From Planctomycetota bacterium (GTDB lineage: Bacteria > Planctomycetota > UBA1135 > GCA-002686595), in the NCBI GenBank assembly GCA_044359355.1, contig JBIKMH010000014.1, positions 1-64,000 on the forward strand: DNA of 64,000 bases. Reading direction: 5' to 3'. The position numbers and the translations under genes are program-made. The notes beneath the pieces are model-generated. The model saw only the letters and a program-made list of their open reading frames with translations, was not told the origin of the DNA and ran no database searches. Below, piece by piece: positions 32,018 through 43,893 of this stretch (position 1 is its first letter; each line of letters begins with the position of its first letter).

Positions 32018-33130
32018 AAAGCCCCAGATTTCCTGCAGCAGGCGGCGCTGCAGCCCGGGCAGGTCGCGGCCCGTGGGGATCTGCTGCTCGTCGAGCTGCC
32101 CCTTGATGCCGCCGAGAAAGCGCGCAAAGGGCTCGGGATGGACTTCGATCAGAAAGCGCACACGCGACCACACGCCGATCTGGTCATCTGGCTTGAGCTC
32201 GCCGAACTCCTTGAGCTCCGTCAGTTCCGCCAGCCCGCGCAGCTTGTCCTTGCCGAGCAGCTTCTTCGCGGCTTCGGGGTAATCCCGGCCATCCTTGCTG
32301 TCGCGCATCGAGCCTTCCTCGCCTTCGTGCGTGGTCGAGCGCGGCTCAATCTCCTTTTCCATCGCCAGCGCCAGTCCTTCATCCAGCCACACCGGCGGAT
32401 CGTAGGAGAAGTGCTTGTACGCGCAGAGGAAGGCGTGGCTCAGGTTGTGCACGATGTGCGGCCAGAGCCAGCGATCCTGGCGCAGATCGGGATCCTCGGC
32501 GGGGATCGAGCACAGCAGGTTGTGCCGCTCGCGCGAATGCCAGCGCAACGCGCTGGTCACCTGCGCGCCGCTGAAATCGCGCGTGAACAGCAGATGCGTG
32601 GCCCGGCTGTGATGCACAACCACCTCGAACTTCTCCTTTTCGCCGAGGTAAGGGCCGTTGCCCATGAAGGGCTTGTCCATCTGCCGCGTTTCGGGAAAAT
32701 CCGCGTCCGTCACGCGCAGCAGGGACTGGAAGCGCGCGTAGAACTCCTCGCCCTTCATCCCCATCAGGTGCAGCCGCAGCCACGGGTCGAGCCTCTTCGG
32801 CTCCTTGGGAACATCGGGCAGAACCAGCCTCAGGCGGTCCAGTTCGGCCATCACGCGCTTCTTGTCGTTGAGATCGACCGTCATCGGCCCCAGCGAGGAG
32901 GCCCAGCGCAGGTGCGCAGTCTCGAGGAACAGCCACTGGCTCGCCGGCAGGCTCTTCGCGAGGTCCTCGCTTCCCGAAGGTCCGATCGCGATCGGACCGT
33001 GCGAGATGACGCCGGCCTTCTGCATGCGGTCAGGGTCGTTCCTGCAGTACGGGCAGATTTCGGACTTCTTCTGCGCGAAGGCCGCGGGCCACAGCAAGCA
33101 CCACAGCACGAAGAGGGCGATCAGGCGCAT
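31964..33130 (-). CDS. Secreted DUF1570-like protein (peptidase MA-like motif)
   Basis: Signal peptide MRLIALFVLWCLLWPAAFAQ; HNLSHAFLCAY...PPVWLDEGLALAME motif. Confidence 0.55.
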   Translation of the reverse strand: MRLIALFVLWCLLWPAAFAQKKSEICPYCRNDPDRMQKAGVISHGPIAIGPSGSEDLAKSLPASQWLFLETAHLRWASSLGPMTVDLNDKKRVMAELDRLRLVLPDVPKEPKRLDPWLRLHLMGMKGEEFYARFQSLLRVTDADFPETRQMDKPFMGNGPYLGEKEKFEVVVHHSRATHLLFTRDFSGAQVTSALRWHSRERHNLLCSIPAEDPDLRQDRWLWPHIVHNLSHAFLCAYKHFSYDPPVWLDEGLALAMEKEIEPRSTTHEGEEGSMRDSKDGRDYPEAAKKLLGKDKLRGLAELTELKEFGELKPDDQIGVWSRVRFLIEVHPEPFARFLGGIKGQLDEQQIPTGRDLPGLQRRLLQEIWGFSPLSFDEAWRAWLAQQP

Positions 33131-33150
33131 GGCCCGAGAATAGCAGGGAT

Positions 33151-33954
33151 TTACTTGCGAAACAGCCAGTCGCTCGACTGCGACCAGGCGCTGAATCGGT
33201 ACAGGGGCAGCAGCGCGAGCAGCTCGGCGACGATCTGGGCCGGGAAATCCGGGGCCAGACAGCCACCGCGCAGCGGCGGGCGCGCCTCGATGCGGCGTTC
33301 GACGCTCAGCGCGTGCTCACCGGGCTTGTAGTACTTCAGAAACTCCTCGAGTCGGTCGCCCGTCAGCGCGCCGCACTTCCACTCGCCCTTCCAGTCCGCG
33401 AGCTTCAACTGGTAGCCGGGCAGACGGTTGAGCAGCGTCTTCCACTCGTCCAGTCCCCCGCCCCGAACGCGATTGACCAGATTCTGGCCATCGAACCAGG
33501 CATCGACGTGGCAGCGCAGCGAGATTTCGAGCGCCGAATCCTCCAGCGCGACGCACAGATAAAGATTGCGGTAGGCGGCATCGAGGTCCTTGCCTAGCTC
33601 GGTTCCCAGCACGCCGCGCAAGCGGGTTTTTTCCCGCTTCGTGCGCGTGCAGTAGGCCCACAGCCGCCTGACCTGCATCTGATTGAAGGCGTGCGGGTTG
33701 TGGAGGCTGGTGCGCGGCTCCAGTTCGACACCTTCGGCCTCGCTGGCGCGCGCGACGAACACTTTCGCCAACGAGAGCAGCTTGCGGCGGGTCTCGAGGC
33801 GCTTGTCGTTGTACTGCGGATCGCGCGCCAGCGCGCCCGAAAGAACGTGGAAATCGCCGTCGACGAAGGGCGCAAGCTCGGCCTTTGCGGAAGGTTCGGG
33901 TGCAGCGGATTTGCTCACGGGCACAGTCTTCGCATCCTCGATTGGATATCGCAA
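33151..33954 (-). CDS. Hypothetical protein
   Basis: 267-aa ORF directly upstream of and co-oriented with 31964-33130. No recognisable motif. Confidence 0.45.
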   Translation of the reverse strand: MRYPIEDAKTVPVSKSAAPEPSAKAELAPFVDGDFHVLSGALARDPQYNDKRLETRRKLLSLAKVFVARASEAEGVELEPRTSLHNPHAFNQMQVRRLWAYCTRTKREKTRLRGVLGTELGKDLDAAYRNLYLCVALEDSALEISLRCHVDAWFDGQNLVNRVRGGGLDEWKTLLNRLPGYQLKLADWKGEWKCGALTGDRLEEFLKYYKPGEHALSVERRIEARPPLRGGCLAPDFPAQIVAELLALLPLYRFSAWSQSSDWLFRK

Positions 33955-34004
33955 CCCTCAAGCCTCGCGCTCCGGCCTGCCGACCTTCATAATGGCCGCC
34001 ACGC

Positions 34005-36119
34005 GTGCAGTTCGCCCACTTCACCTTCGACACCGAGACCGACCGTCTGGGAGAGGGGCCTCTCTCCGAGGTCTACCGCGCCATGGATACGCGGCTCGGC
34101 CGACGCGTCGCGCTGAAGATCCTGCGCGGCAACGCGGAGATCGACCCGGCCGCGGACACACGCTTTCTGCGCGAGGCTCAGCACACCTCGCAGCTCGTCC
34201 ACCCCAACATCGCGACGGTTTTCGAGTACGGACGGCACAACGGCACCTCGTTCATCGCGATGGAGCTGCTGCTCGGCCGGACGCTCGACAGGATCCTGAA
34301 GGAGCGCCCGCTGTCCTTCGAAGAGGGCGCGCGAGTGGCTTTGGATGTAGCCAAGGCGCTGTCGCTGGTGCACAGCCATGGCCTGATTCATCGCGACCTC
34401 AAGCCCGCCAACATCATGATGCTCGAGGATGGCAGCGTGAAGCTGCTCGACTTCGGCATCGCGCGGGCTCGCGACGAGTCGACCATCACCCAGAACGGCA
34501 TCCTCGTTGGCACCGTGCTGTACATGTCACCCGAGCAGGTGCGCGGGGAGGATCTCGATACGCGCTCGGACGTGTTCGCCTTCGGATCCGTCTTCTATCA
34601 CGCGCTCACCGGCGTGCTGCCCTTCCCGGGCAAGAGTTTCCCCGAGGTGTGCATGGCGATCCTCGACTGCAAGCCCCGCCACCCCGCGCAGGTGCGACCG
34701 GACTTCCCGCCCAAGCTGCAGGAGTTCCTGCTGCGCTGCCTCTCGAAGGATCCCTCGCAACGCTACGCGGACTCGCAGGAGATCCAGCGCGTGCTGCAGG
34801 GGATCGTGGACGGCTCGCGCAGCCTCGATGCCGTCACCAACACGATCGAGGGCACACTGCTGATTCCGCCCGTCACCTGCGTGGGCACGGATCTGGAAGC
34901 CTGCAGCCTGATGTCGGGATCCCTGCGCAAGGACCTGATCGGGGAACTCAAGCGCGTCCGCGGCATCGAGATCGTGAAGATCGAGGATCAGGAGTTGCCG
35001 CGCAACGTCAGCTTCGACTACGTCCTGCGGATGGACCTCGAGACGCAGGGGGAAAAAGGGCGCCTGCAGATCGGACTAGAGCGTTGGACGGACCGTATCG
35101 GAGGCCGGCGTGCCGCCAAGCCGATCGAAGTGGCTCAGGACAGCCTCGAAGACAGCGACAAGAACGACTTTGCGCTGCAGGACAAGCTCGTGCGCCTCGC
35201 CGTGCGCACGCTCAAGAAGCGTCTCTCGGAACTGACGATCCGCCCCGCGACGACCACGACGCGCGATGTCGAGAAGAGCCAGATGCTCACCCGGCACGCG
35301 CACGAGGTGCTGCACCGCGGCACCACGAAGCACCTGCTCTCCTCGATCAGCTCGTTCCGCAGCGCGATCGATGCCGACCCCAATAGCGCCCTGCCGCATG
35401 CGGGCATGGCTGAGGCGCTGGTTCGCAAGTACCTCTATTTTGACGGCGACATGAGCTACATCGAGGAGGCGCGCGTCGAGGCCGCGCACGCGCTGGCCCG
35501 CGACCCCAACTGCGCCGAAGCACACACCTCTCTGGGCTTCGCCTTCCATCTGCTGGGCCGCACCAACGACGCGCAGCGCGAGTATCGGATGGCGATCCAG
35601 CTCGATCACAGCGAATGGCTCGCCCACCGCCTGCTGGGCGCGCTCTACGCGCGGGCCGGAAACTTCAAGGATGCCTCGCCGCTGCTGCGCCGCGCGATCG
35701 CCTTGCACCCCACCCAGATCGCCTCCTACGACCACCTCTACGGCGTGCTGCAGCGCCTCGACCGCTATGAGGAGTCGCTGCAGATCGCAGACAAGGGCAT
35801 CGGAGCCGCTCAGGACCATCTCGCCCGCTTCCCTGACAGCCAGGAAGCGCGCCTGCATCTGGGCATGCTGTTCGCGCGGTTGGGACAGGCCGACGATGCG
35901 CGCGAGCAGGTCAAGAAGGCCCTCGAACTCGCTCCCAAAGACTGCTACACGGCCTTCCACGCCGCGATCGTGCTCGCCATCCTGCTCGACATCCCCGAGG
36001 CGATGGCGGCGCTGAAGCAGGCCGCGGCGCGCGGGTACAACATCCAGTCCGAAGCCCCGCGCAACAGCGATCTCGATCCCCTGCGCGGACTGCCCGAGTT
36101 CCAGGCGCTGGTTTCCTGA
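34005..36119 (+). CDS. Serine/threonine protein kinase with C-terminal TPR repeats
   Basis: VALKILR, HPNIATVFEY, IHRDLKPANIMM, DFGIAR, SPEQ subdomains. C-terminal half contains TPR-like helices. Confidence 0.9.
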   Translation: MQFAHFTFDTETDRLGEGPLSEVYRAMDTRLGRRVALKILRGNAEIDPAADTRFLREAQHTSQLVHPNIATVFEYGRHNGTSFIAMELLLGRTLDRILKERPLSFEEGARVALDVAKALSLVHSHGLIHRDLKPANIMMLEDGSVKLLDFGIARARDESTITQNGILVGTVLYMSPEQVRGEDLDTRSDVFAFGSVFYHALTGVLPFPGKSFPEVCMAILDCKPRHPAQVRPDFPPKLQEFLLRCLSKDPSQRYADSQEIQRVLQGIVDGSRSLDAVTNTIEGTLLIPPVTCVGTDLEACSLMSGSLRKDLIGELKRVRGIEIVKIEDQELPRNVSFDYVLRMDLETQGEKGRLQIGLERWTDRIGGRRAAKPIEVAQDSLEDSDKNDFALQDKLVRLAVRTLKKRLSELTIRPATTTTRDVEKSQMLTRHAHEVLHRGTTKHLLSSISSFRSAIDADPNSALPHAGMAEALVRKYLYFDGDMSYIEEARVEAAHALARDPNCAEAHTSLGFAFHLLGRTNDAQREYRMAIQLDHSEWLAHRLLGALYARAGNFKDASPLLRRAIALHPTQIASYDHLYGVLQRLDRYEESLQIADKGIGAAQDHLARFPDSQEARLHLGMLFARLGQADDAREQVKKALELAPKDCYTAFHAAIVLAILLDIPEAMAALKQAAARGYNIQSEAPRNSDLDPLRGLPEFQALVS

Positions 36120-36123
36120 GCCG

Positions 36124-36714
36124 ATGGGTGCGCTGGCCGGAGTTTGGATCGTCTTCGACACGGAGACCGCGACCCGCTTCCGTCCGCACCATCTGCTGGA
36201 GCTGGGCGCGGTCATGCTGGAGGACGGCGTCGAGATCAGCAGCTTCGCGAGTCTAGTCCGGCCCGCGGTGCGGATCGATCCGCTGACGACGGCCGTGCAT
36301 GGCATCACCGAGTCGGACGTGATCGACGCGCCGGGTGCCGCCAGCGTGATCGAGGCTTTCCTGCGCTGGAGCGGCGAGCCCCACCGCTTCGTTGCGCACA
36401 ACTCCCCCTTCGACGCCTCCGTGCTGGCGCACGAGGGCGCGCGGCATGGAGTGCTGCTGCCCAGGGTGCGCTTCGTCGACACGCTCAAACTGGCCCGCAA
36501 GGCGCTCCCCGACTCGCCCAGCCACAAGCTGGGCTCACTGGCGGAGCAACTCTCGATTCCGCACCTGCGCGCCCATCGGGCGCTGGACGATGCCCGCGTG
36601 TGCGCCGAGCTGCTGCGCGTCTGCGCGTCGCGCCTTGAGCCTGATCGGCTGGACAAGCATGGCCGGGGGAAGGGCTTCGAGGCCTACAGGCCGGATCCCC
36701 AGTGGTGTGAGTAG
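36124..36714 (+). CDS. DnaQ-like 3'-5' exonuclease (DEDDh family)
   Basis: FDTETA (Exo I), HNSPFDASVL (Exo II), HRALDDARV (Exo III). Starts 5 nt after the kinase stop. Confidence 0.85.
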   Translation: MGALAGVWIVFDTETATRFRPHHLLELGAVMLEDGVEISSFASLVRPAVRIDPLTTAVHGITESDVIDAPGAASVIEAFLRWSGEPHRFVAHNSPFDASVLAHEGARHGVLLPRVRFVDTLKLARKALPDSPSHKLGSLAEQLSIPHLRAHRALDDARVCAELLRVCASRLEPDRLDKHGRGKGFEAYRPDPQWCE

Positions 36715-36715
36715 G

Positions 36716-37855
36716 GGATACTGCTCCCCTTCCGGGGACATCGGCCCACGATTGCAATCTCCTATGCCCGCAGCGAAAAACGTCCTTTCCAGGCGATCGC
36801 TTCCGCCATGCTGAGGCGTCTTTGCACAAGGCCCAGCTTGCTGGCGGCGCTGGGGCGGTGGTCGCGGTTGGTGCGCGGCCGGATGTAGTTCTTGTAGCCA
36901 GCGTAGATCCAAAAGTGATCCTGCTTGCGCTCGATGCGCTTGCTGTAGCCCCAGTTGCGCCGCACGAGGCGTGAGATGTTGTCGCGCAGCATCGCGAACT
37001 GGTGGTTGATCGGAAAGAGCGGGTTCCTGGTGTTGCGGGCGAGCTTGCTCGAGACCTGGACGTGCACGACGTGGTCACGAAGCGTCTGGTGCACGATCGA
37101 GGGGTAGGTGGTCTTGAGGTCGCTGACCACCACCAGCAGCGACTTGGGGTCGCGGTGGCGCGCGAGCACCTCCATGCAGCGGGTCACGACCTCGCGCGAC
37201 TGGCTGACCCGCGTGGGATCGCCGCGCTGCTTGTCGCGTGAGGGCAGCGTGCCGGCCTCGCCGTGCACGATGAAGCCAGTGCGCGCCTCGACCAGGACCG
37301 CCATGGTGACGGGCTTTTCGATGCGGTTCTGCTCGAAGGTCTCGAGCTCGTCAAAGACCAAGTGTCCGTTGCTGCCGAGGAGCTTCTCACTCTTCGCCAG
37401 CACGCGCTCGTGGGCTTGCTGGAAGTGCTGACCGAAGAGCGGGATTCGGCGCGCCACCGTCTTGGGGTTGCAGCCGAGGTTGCGGGCGATCTGTCGCTGG
37501 GAGACCTTCGAGATCAGCTGATCGACGATCCCGAGGTTGAGGCCGGGTTTGTGGTGGCGGTAGTCGTTGCGGAAGGTCTGCGAGGAAAAGCGGCGTCCGC
37601 AGGTGAGGCACTGAAAGCGCGGGATCCGCTCAGCCCCGCACAGGCGCTTGTAGTAGCCGCGGCGGCGGTAGAGAAAGGGTCGGCGGGGGCAGGCGGGGTA
37701 CGGGCATTCCGGCGGGATGAACTTCTGCATCGGTGTCTCCAGTGCTGGGGAGAACATGCGCCCCGGCACCCATGAAGACTGCTCAGCCGAGGGTGGATCG
37801 CGCGGAAAATCCGCTTCCCAGTATCGATTCTGTCCCCGCTCGGGGAGCAGTATCC
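36716..37855. mobile_element. Insertion sequence (~1.14 kb) with 25-bp imperfect terminal inverted repeats, IS1/IS1595-like
   Basis: IR-L 36716-36740 GGATACTGCTCCCCTTCCGGGGACA. IR-R 37831-37855, reverse complement GGATACTGCTCCCCGAGCGGGGACA (21/25). Each IR contains an internal CTCCCC...GGGGA hairpin. No target-site duplication detected. Inserted immediately after the exonuclease stop. Confidence 0.7.
36762..37757 (-). CDS. DDE transposase with N-terminal zinc-ribbon and HTH (IS1-family-like, possibly IS1595)
   Basis: CPYPACPRR...CLTCGRRF zinc ribbon, IARNLGCNPKTVARRI HTH, DELETFEQ...AVLVEARTGFIV resembling the IS1 InsB core. The track ORF extends to 37877 through IR-R; internal starts at 37757 or 37730 lie inside the element. 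Confidence 0.7.
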   Translation of the reverse strand: MFSPALETPMQKFIPPECPYPACPRRPFLYRRRGYYKRLCGAERIPRFQCLTCGRRFSSQTFRNDYRHHKPGLNLGIVDQLISKVSQRQIARNLGCNPKTVARRIPLFGQHFQQAHERVLAKSEKLLGSNGHLVFDELETFEQNRIEKPVTMAVLVEARTGFIVHGEAGTLPSRDKQRGDPTRVSQSREVVTRCMEVLARHRDPKSLLVVVSDLKTTYPSIVHQTLRDHVVHVQVSSKLARNTRNPLFPINHQFAMLRDNISRLVRRNWGYSKRIERKQDHFWIYAGYKNYIRPRTNRDHRPSAASKLGLVQRRLSMAEAIAWKGRFSLRA

Positions 37856-37927
37856 ATGTTTGCGGGATCTTGATCACGGGACTACACTATTCCGCCTCAA
37901 ATTCCGCCCGGCAACGCCAGCCCCACC

Positions 37928-39769
<1,842 letters not shown>

Positions 39770-39773
39770 GCCC

Positions 39774-40727
39774 GTGCGCCGCGTCACGATGGCGGCCATC
39801 GCACTGCTGCTGGCGCCGCTGGCGGCTGGCTGGGTATGGACGCGCGTGGCGGTGCGCCGTGCGGAAGAGCGCTTCCCTATGCGTGGGCAGCGCGTGGCGG
39901 CTGAGCCAGGCACGAATGCGGCGCAACTGCGCTACGTGGAGCAGGGTCAGGGCGAGCCGATCGTGCTGCTGCATGGCGCCTTCGGCGGCGTGGAAGACTT
40001 CGAGGCCACGCTGATGCCGCGACTCAGCGGGACACACCGCGTGATCGCCTTCGACCGCCCCGGCCACGGCTGGAGCGACCGCGTGCGGGGCGTGACCAAC
40101 GATCCCGCCGTCCAGGCGGATGCGATTTGCCAGGCTCTGCGCGCATTGGACTTGGAGCGAGTCAATCTGGTGGGCTTCAGCTACGGCGGTTCGGTCGCCC
40201 TGACGCTCGCCTTGCGTGAACCTCGACTGGTCCGCCGGCTGATCCTGATCAACACACCTTCCTACGGCTGGGGCACGGGCACCAGCCCGGTCTACTGGAT
40301 GGCCCGCTGGCCTGTAGTCGGAGCCTTTTTCCGTCACACGCTGGCAGTGCCGCTCGGGACGTGGGCACAGGCGGGCTCGGTCGAGCGGGTCTTCGCACCC
40401 GCGCAGCCGACCGAGAGCTTTGCAGCTTCCCCTGCAGCCCTGGCGCTGACACCGCAGCGTTTTCTCGCCAATGCCGAGGATTTTTGCGTCCTGGACGACT
40501 TCTTGGCCGCGCAGGAGATCCGCTACCCCGCTCTCGAGGCGCGCACGCTGCTGATCGCTGCGCCGCTCGATCGAGTGGTCGGGTACCACATCCACAGCAA
40601 GCGTTTGGAGTCCGACGCGCCGCATGCCAAGCTGATCGCCATCGAAGGAGCCGGTCATGCGATGCTGTTCACTCATCCGGAGCGTCTGGCGCTGGAAATC
40701 GACCGTTTTATCGCTGTTGGCGATTGA
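39774..40727 (+). CDS. Alpha/beta-fold hydrolase
   Basis: HGAFGG oxyanion region and GFSYGG nucleophile elbow; N-terminal signal/TM. Confidence 0.8.
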   Translation: MRRVTMAAIALLLAPLAAGWVWTRVAVRRAEERFPMRGQRVAAEPGTNAAQLRYVEQGQGEPIVLLHGAFGGVEDFEATLMPRLSGTHRVIAFDRPGHGWSDRVRGVTNDPAVQADAICQALRALDLERVNLVGFSYGGSVALTLALREPRLVRRLILINTPSYGWGTGTSPVYWMARWPVVGAFFRHTLAVPLGTWAQAGSVERVFAPAQPTESFAASPAALALTPQRFLANAEDFCVLDDFLAAQEIRYPALEARTLLIAAPLDRVVGYHIHSKRLESDAPHAKLIAIEGAGHAMLFTHPERLALEIDRFIAVGD

Positions 40728-42276
40728 TGCGCTGGGACTGCCAGGCGGTGCGCTGCCACAGGTGACTCTGCATCCCCTGTTCGCCGACCATGCGGTGCTG
40801 CAGCGAGACAAGGAGCTGTGCGTCTTCGGCAGGGCACAGCCGGGCGAACGCGTCGAGGTTCAATTGGGCGCAAGCAGCGCCGAAACGAGTGCCGATGCAG
40901 AGGGCCGCTTCGTCGTCCGGTTGGCTGCGCAGCCGATGAGCGCCGAGCCGCTGACGCTGATCGCCAGCGCGGCTTCCGGGCGCGCGCATGCCCGGGACAT
41001 CCTGCTGGGAGATGTGTGGCTGGCTGGCGGCCAGTCCAACATGGAGTTCCCGCTGAGCGCCTGCGACTCGCCGAAGGACATCGAAACGGCTCAGTTCGCC
41101 CAGATCCGGCAGTTCGCGGTCGAAGCGCGCTTTGCCACCACCCCGCAACGGGAGGTCAAGGGTCAATGGTCCGTGTGCAGCCCGGCGACCGCCGGTGCAT
41201 TCAGCGCCGTGGCCTTCGCCTTCGCCCGCCGCGTCCACCTCGAGACCGGCGTTCCGATCGGCATCCTGAAAGCCTGCGTCGGCGGAACCGGCATCGAGCT
41301 GTGGATTGCTCAGGACACGCTGCTGGGCGCGCCTGAACTCGAGCCCTTCTCGAAGTGGATGCGCGCTTCGCTCGCAACGCACGAGGAGGAGCTCAAGCAG
41401 GTCCATCCGCGCATCGAAGAGTGGACCAAGGCAGTGCGGGCTGCGCAGTCCCAGGGAAAGCCACTGCCTCCGGAGCCTGAATGGCCTGAGCATCCCTTCG
41501 GCGAGCGGCGCAGCGACCCGCGCTGCGTGACGCTCTACAACGGCATGATCCACCCGCTGTTGCCCTTCCGGATCGCGGGCATCCTCTGGTACCAGGGAGA
41601 GAACAACGCAGGAACAGCGCTCGACGCTGAGCAGTACACGCACAAGCTACGCATCCTGGCCGAGGACTGGCGTCGGCGTTTCGAACAGCCCGACTTGCCC
41701 TTCTACTTCGTGCAACTGGCCGCCTGGCAGTACACCAATTACGAACCCGGCAACACGGACAGCTGGGCCTTCCTGCGCGAGGGGCAGCGGCGGACTCTGG
41801 CTGTGCTGCCCAACTCGGGCATGGCGGTCGCGATCGACATCGGAGATGAGGTCGACATCCACCCCAAGAACAAGTTCGATGTCGGCGAGCGGCTCGCGCT
41901 GTGGGCGCTGCGTGATCGCTACGGGAGGCAGCAGGAGGTCAGTGGCCCGCTGTTCCGCGAGTTGGTACGCGAAGCAGGCGCACTGCGCGTGCTCTTCGAC
42001 CATGCCGAAAGCGGGCTGATGGCGGGCAGGAAAGCCGGTCGCGAAGCGGTACAGCCGGATCCCAAGGGCATCGTGCGGGGTTTTGCGATCGCCGGCTCCG
42101 ACCAGCGCTGGAAATGGGCCAAGGCACGCATCGAAGGCTCCGAGCTGGTCCTCTCCCACCCCGATATCCCAGAACCAGTGGCCGCCCGCTACGCCTTCTC
42201 CAGCAACCCCGACCGGGCCAACTTGTACAACCAGGCCGGGTTGCCGGCGTCACCCTTTCGCAGCGACAGCTGGTGA
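40657..42276 (+). CDS. Sialate O-acetylesterase-like (SASA/DUF303) carbohydrate esterase
   Basis: LFADHAVLQRD and GGQSNMEF motifs. Start is uncertain: the ATG at 40657 overlaps the upstream gene by 71 nt and there is no later in-frame ATG before the catalytic region. Confidence 0.7.
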   Translation: MRCCSLIRSVWRWKSTVLSLLAIDALGLPGGALPQVTLHPLFADHAVLQRDKELCVFGRAQPGERVEVQLGASSAETSADAEGRFVVRLAAQPMSAEPLTLIASAASGRAHARDILLGDVWLAGGQSNMEFPLSACDSPKDIETAQFAQIRQFAVEARFATTPQREVKGQWSVCSPATAGAFSAVAFAFARRVHLETGVPIGILKACVGGTGIELWIAQDTLLGAPELEPFSKWMRASLATHEEELKQVHPRIEEWTKAVRAAQSQGKPLPPEPEWPEHPFGERRSDPRCVTLYNGMIHPLLPFRIAGILWYQGENNAGTALDAEQYTHKLRILAEDWRRRFEQPDLPFYFVQLAAWQYTNYEPGNTDSWAFLREGQRRTLAVLPNSGMAVAIDIGDEVDIHPKNKFDVGERLALWALRDRYGRQQEVSGPLFRELVREAGALRVLFDHAESGLMAGRKAGREAVQPDPKGIVRGFAIAGSDQRWKWAKARIEGSELVLSHPDIPEPVAARYAFSSNPDRANLYNQAGLPASPFRSDSW

Positions 42277-42312
42277 GCCCCGATGCTCGAGGATTCCGGG
42301 TAAGCTCGTGAC

Positions 42313-43893
42313 ATGCTGCGCTTCGCCCCCATCCTGCTGCTGACCCCGACCCTGCTGGCCTCCGATCCGGTCTACGTGACCGACAACGCGACCTCCGCCA
42401 ACGAGGCGGTCTGGAAGCTCGAAGACCTCAACGGTGACGGCGACTACAACGACGCCGGAGAGCTCACCAAGTTCTACGACGATACGCTGGCGGGTGCGAT
42501 CGACCTCAGCAACAACTCCGGTGTCAAGGTCGCTCCGGATGGTTCTGTGTATGTCTGCGACAGCACCATCGACATCGTGCTGCGCATCCGCGATCTCAAC
42601 ACCGACGGAGACGGCAACGATGCCGGTGAAGCGACCGTCTGGTTCAACGGAACTCCCGGGGGCAACGCCTCCGGCGTCGTGATGGCTTCCTCGAACAACC
42701 TGTTCGTCGACGCCAACAGCGTGGCCTGGGTGGCGACCGCGAACACCAGCGGCGGAGGCAACGACGCCATCCTGCGCCTGCAGGACAACAACAGCGATGG
42801 TGACGCCAATGATCTGGGCGAAGCTGCGGAGTACTACACGATCAGCCCGGGGGCCTCGACGGGGGCCTGGATCCCCAACGCGGTGGCCCAGGGACTGGAT
42901 GGCAAGCTGTACTACACCGAGAACGGCAACGACGCGGCGCTGGTCAAGGGCGTCTATAGGCTTAGCGATCTGAATGGCAACGGAGTGATCGATGTCGCCG
43001 GCGAGTCCGCGGCCTTCTTCATCCCCACCCCCGGGCCGACGAACAATAACTTCCACTGGAACCTCGCCTTTGATTCCAATGGCTTCTGCTACCTGGGCGA
43101 CTCGACTTTCGAGCAGATCTGGAAGGTCAAGGACCAGAACGGCGACGGCGATGCCATGGATGCCGGTGAGAGCGTCATCTGGTGGACCGGACCGGCCAAC
43201 TCCAGCCTGATCTGGGACTTCTGCTTCACCTCGGACGGCGCCATGCTGGCCTGCGAGACACAGACCCCCGACCGTATCGTGCGGCTGTTCGACGAGAACT
43301 GCGACGGACTGATTTCGGCGCTGGAATTCACGGCCGTCTACGACGAAACGCTGCAGACGGCGATCGGGGACGTGCGCGGGATCTCGACCACGGGCCTGCT
43401 TGGGCGGGGCGCGAGCGAGTTCTGCTTCGGCGACGGGATCCTCTCCACACCCTGCCCCTGCGGCAACTTCGGCACCTGCCGTCGCGGTTGCGAAAACTCC
43501 GCAGGAACCGGCGGGGCCAAACTCAGCTTCAGCGGCGCTTTGTTCCCTGACAGCGCCGTCCTGAGCTGCGATGGCACGCTGCCCACCGCGCTGTCGATCG
43601 TCCTGCAGGGCAGCAGCCTGCTGCCTGGCCCGACCGTCTTCGGCGATGGCGCGCGCTGCGTCGGCGGGTCGCTCAAGCGCCTCTACGTGAAGAACGCGGT
43701 CGGCGGCGTCGTGACCGCGCCGGCCGCCGGGGACAACTCGATCAGCGCGCAGTCAGCCCTGCTGGGCGATGTGATTGCCCCGGGCTCGACGCGGGGCTAT
43801 CAGGTCTACTACCGCGATCCCAACCTCACGTTCTGCGCAGCCCCGCCGGGCAACAGCTGGAATGTTTCCAACGGCGTGATCCTGCGCTGGTAG
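42313..43893 (+). CDS. Secreted repeat protein with FG-GAP/VCBS-like Asp-rich repeats and a C-terminal Cys-containing domain
   Basis: Signal peptide; repeats DLNGDGDYNDAGE, DLNTDGDGNDAGE, DNNSDGDANDLGE, DQNGDGDAMDAGE. The C-terminal ~150 aa (PCPCGNFGTCRRGCE...GSTRGYQVYYRDPNLTF) is homologous to the C-terminus of 59630-60196. Confidence 0.6.
   Translation: MLRFAPILLLTPTLLASDPVYVTDNATSANEAVWKLEDLNGDGDYNDAGELTKFYDDTLAGAIDLSNNSGVKVAPDGSVYVCDSTIDIVLRIRDLNTDGDGNDAGEATVWFNGTPGGNASGVVMASSNNLFVDANSVAWVATANTSGGGNDAILRLQDNNSDGDANDLGEAAEYYTISPGASTGAWIPNAVAQGLDGKLYYTENGNDAALVKGVYRLSDLNGNGVIDVAGESAAFFIPTPGPTNNNFHWNLAFDSNGFCYLGDSTFEQIWKVKDQNGDGDAMDAGESVIWWTGPANSSLIWDFCFTSDGAMLACETQTPDRIVRLFDENCDGLISALEFTAVYDETLQTAIGDVRGISTTGLLGRGASEFCFGDGILSTPCPCGNFGTCRRGCENSAGTGGAKLSFSGALFPDSAVLSCDGTLPTALSIVLQGSSLLPGPTVFGDGARCVGGSLKRLYVKNAVGGVVTAPAAGDNSISAQSALLGDVIAPGSTRGYQVYYRDPNLTFCAAPPGNSWNVSNGVILRW

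Noticed and set aside
36700-37870. Target-site duplication flanking the IS.
   Set aside because: Compared 8-9 nt flanks for several possible IR boundaries (tgagtagg versus atgtttgc, and others); none match.
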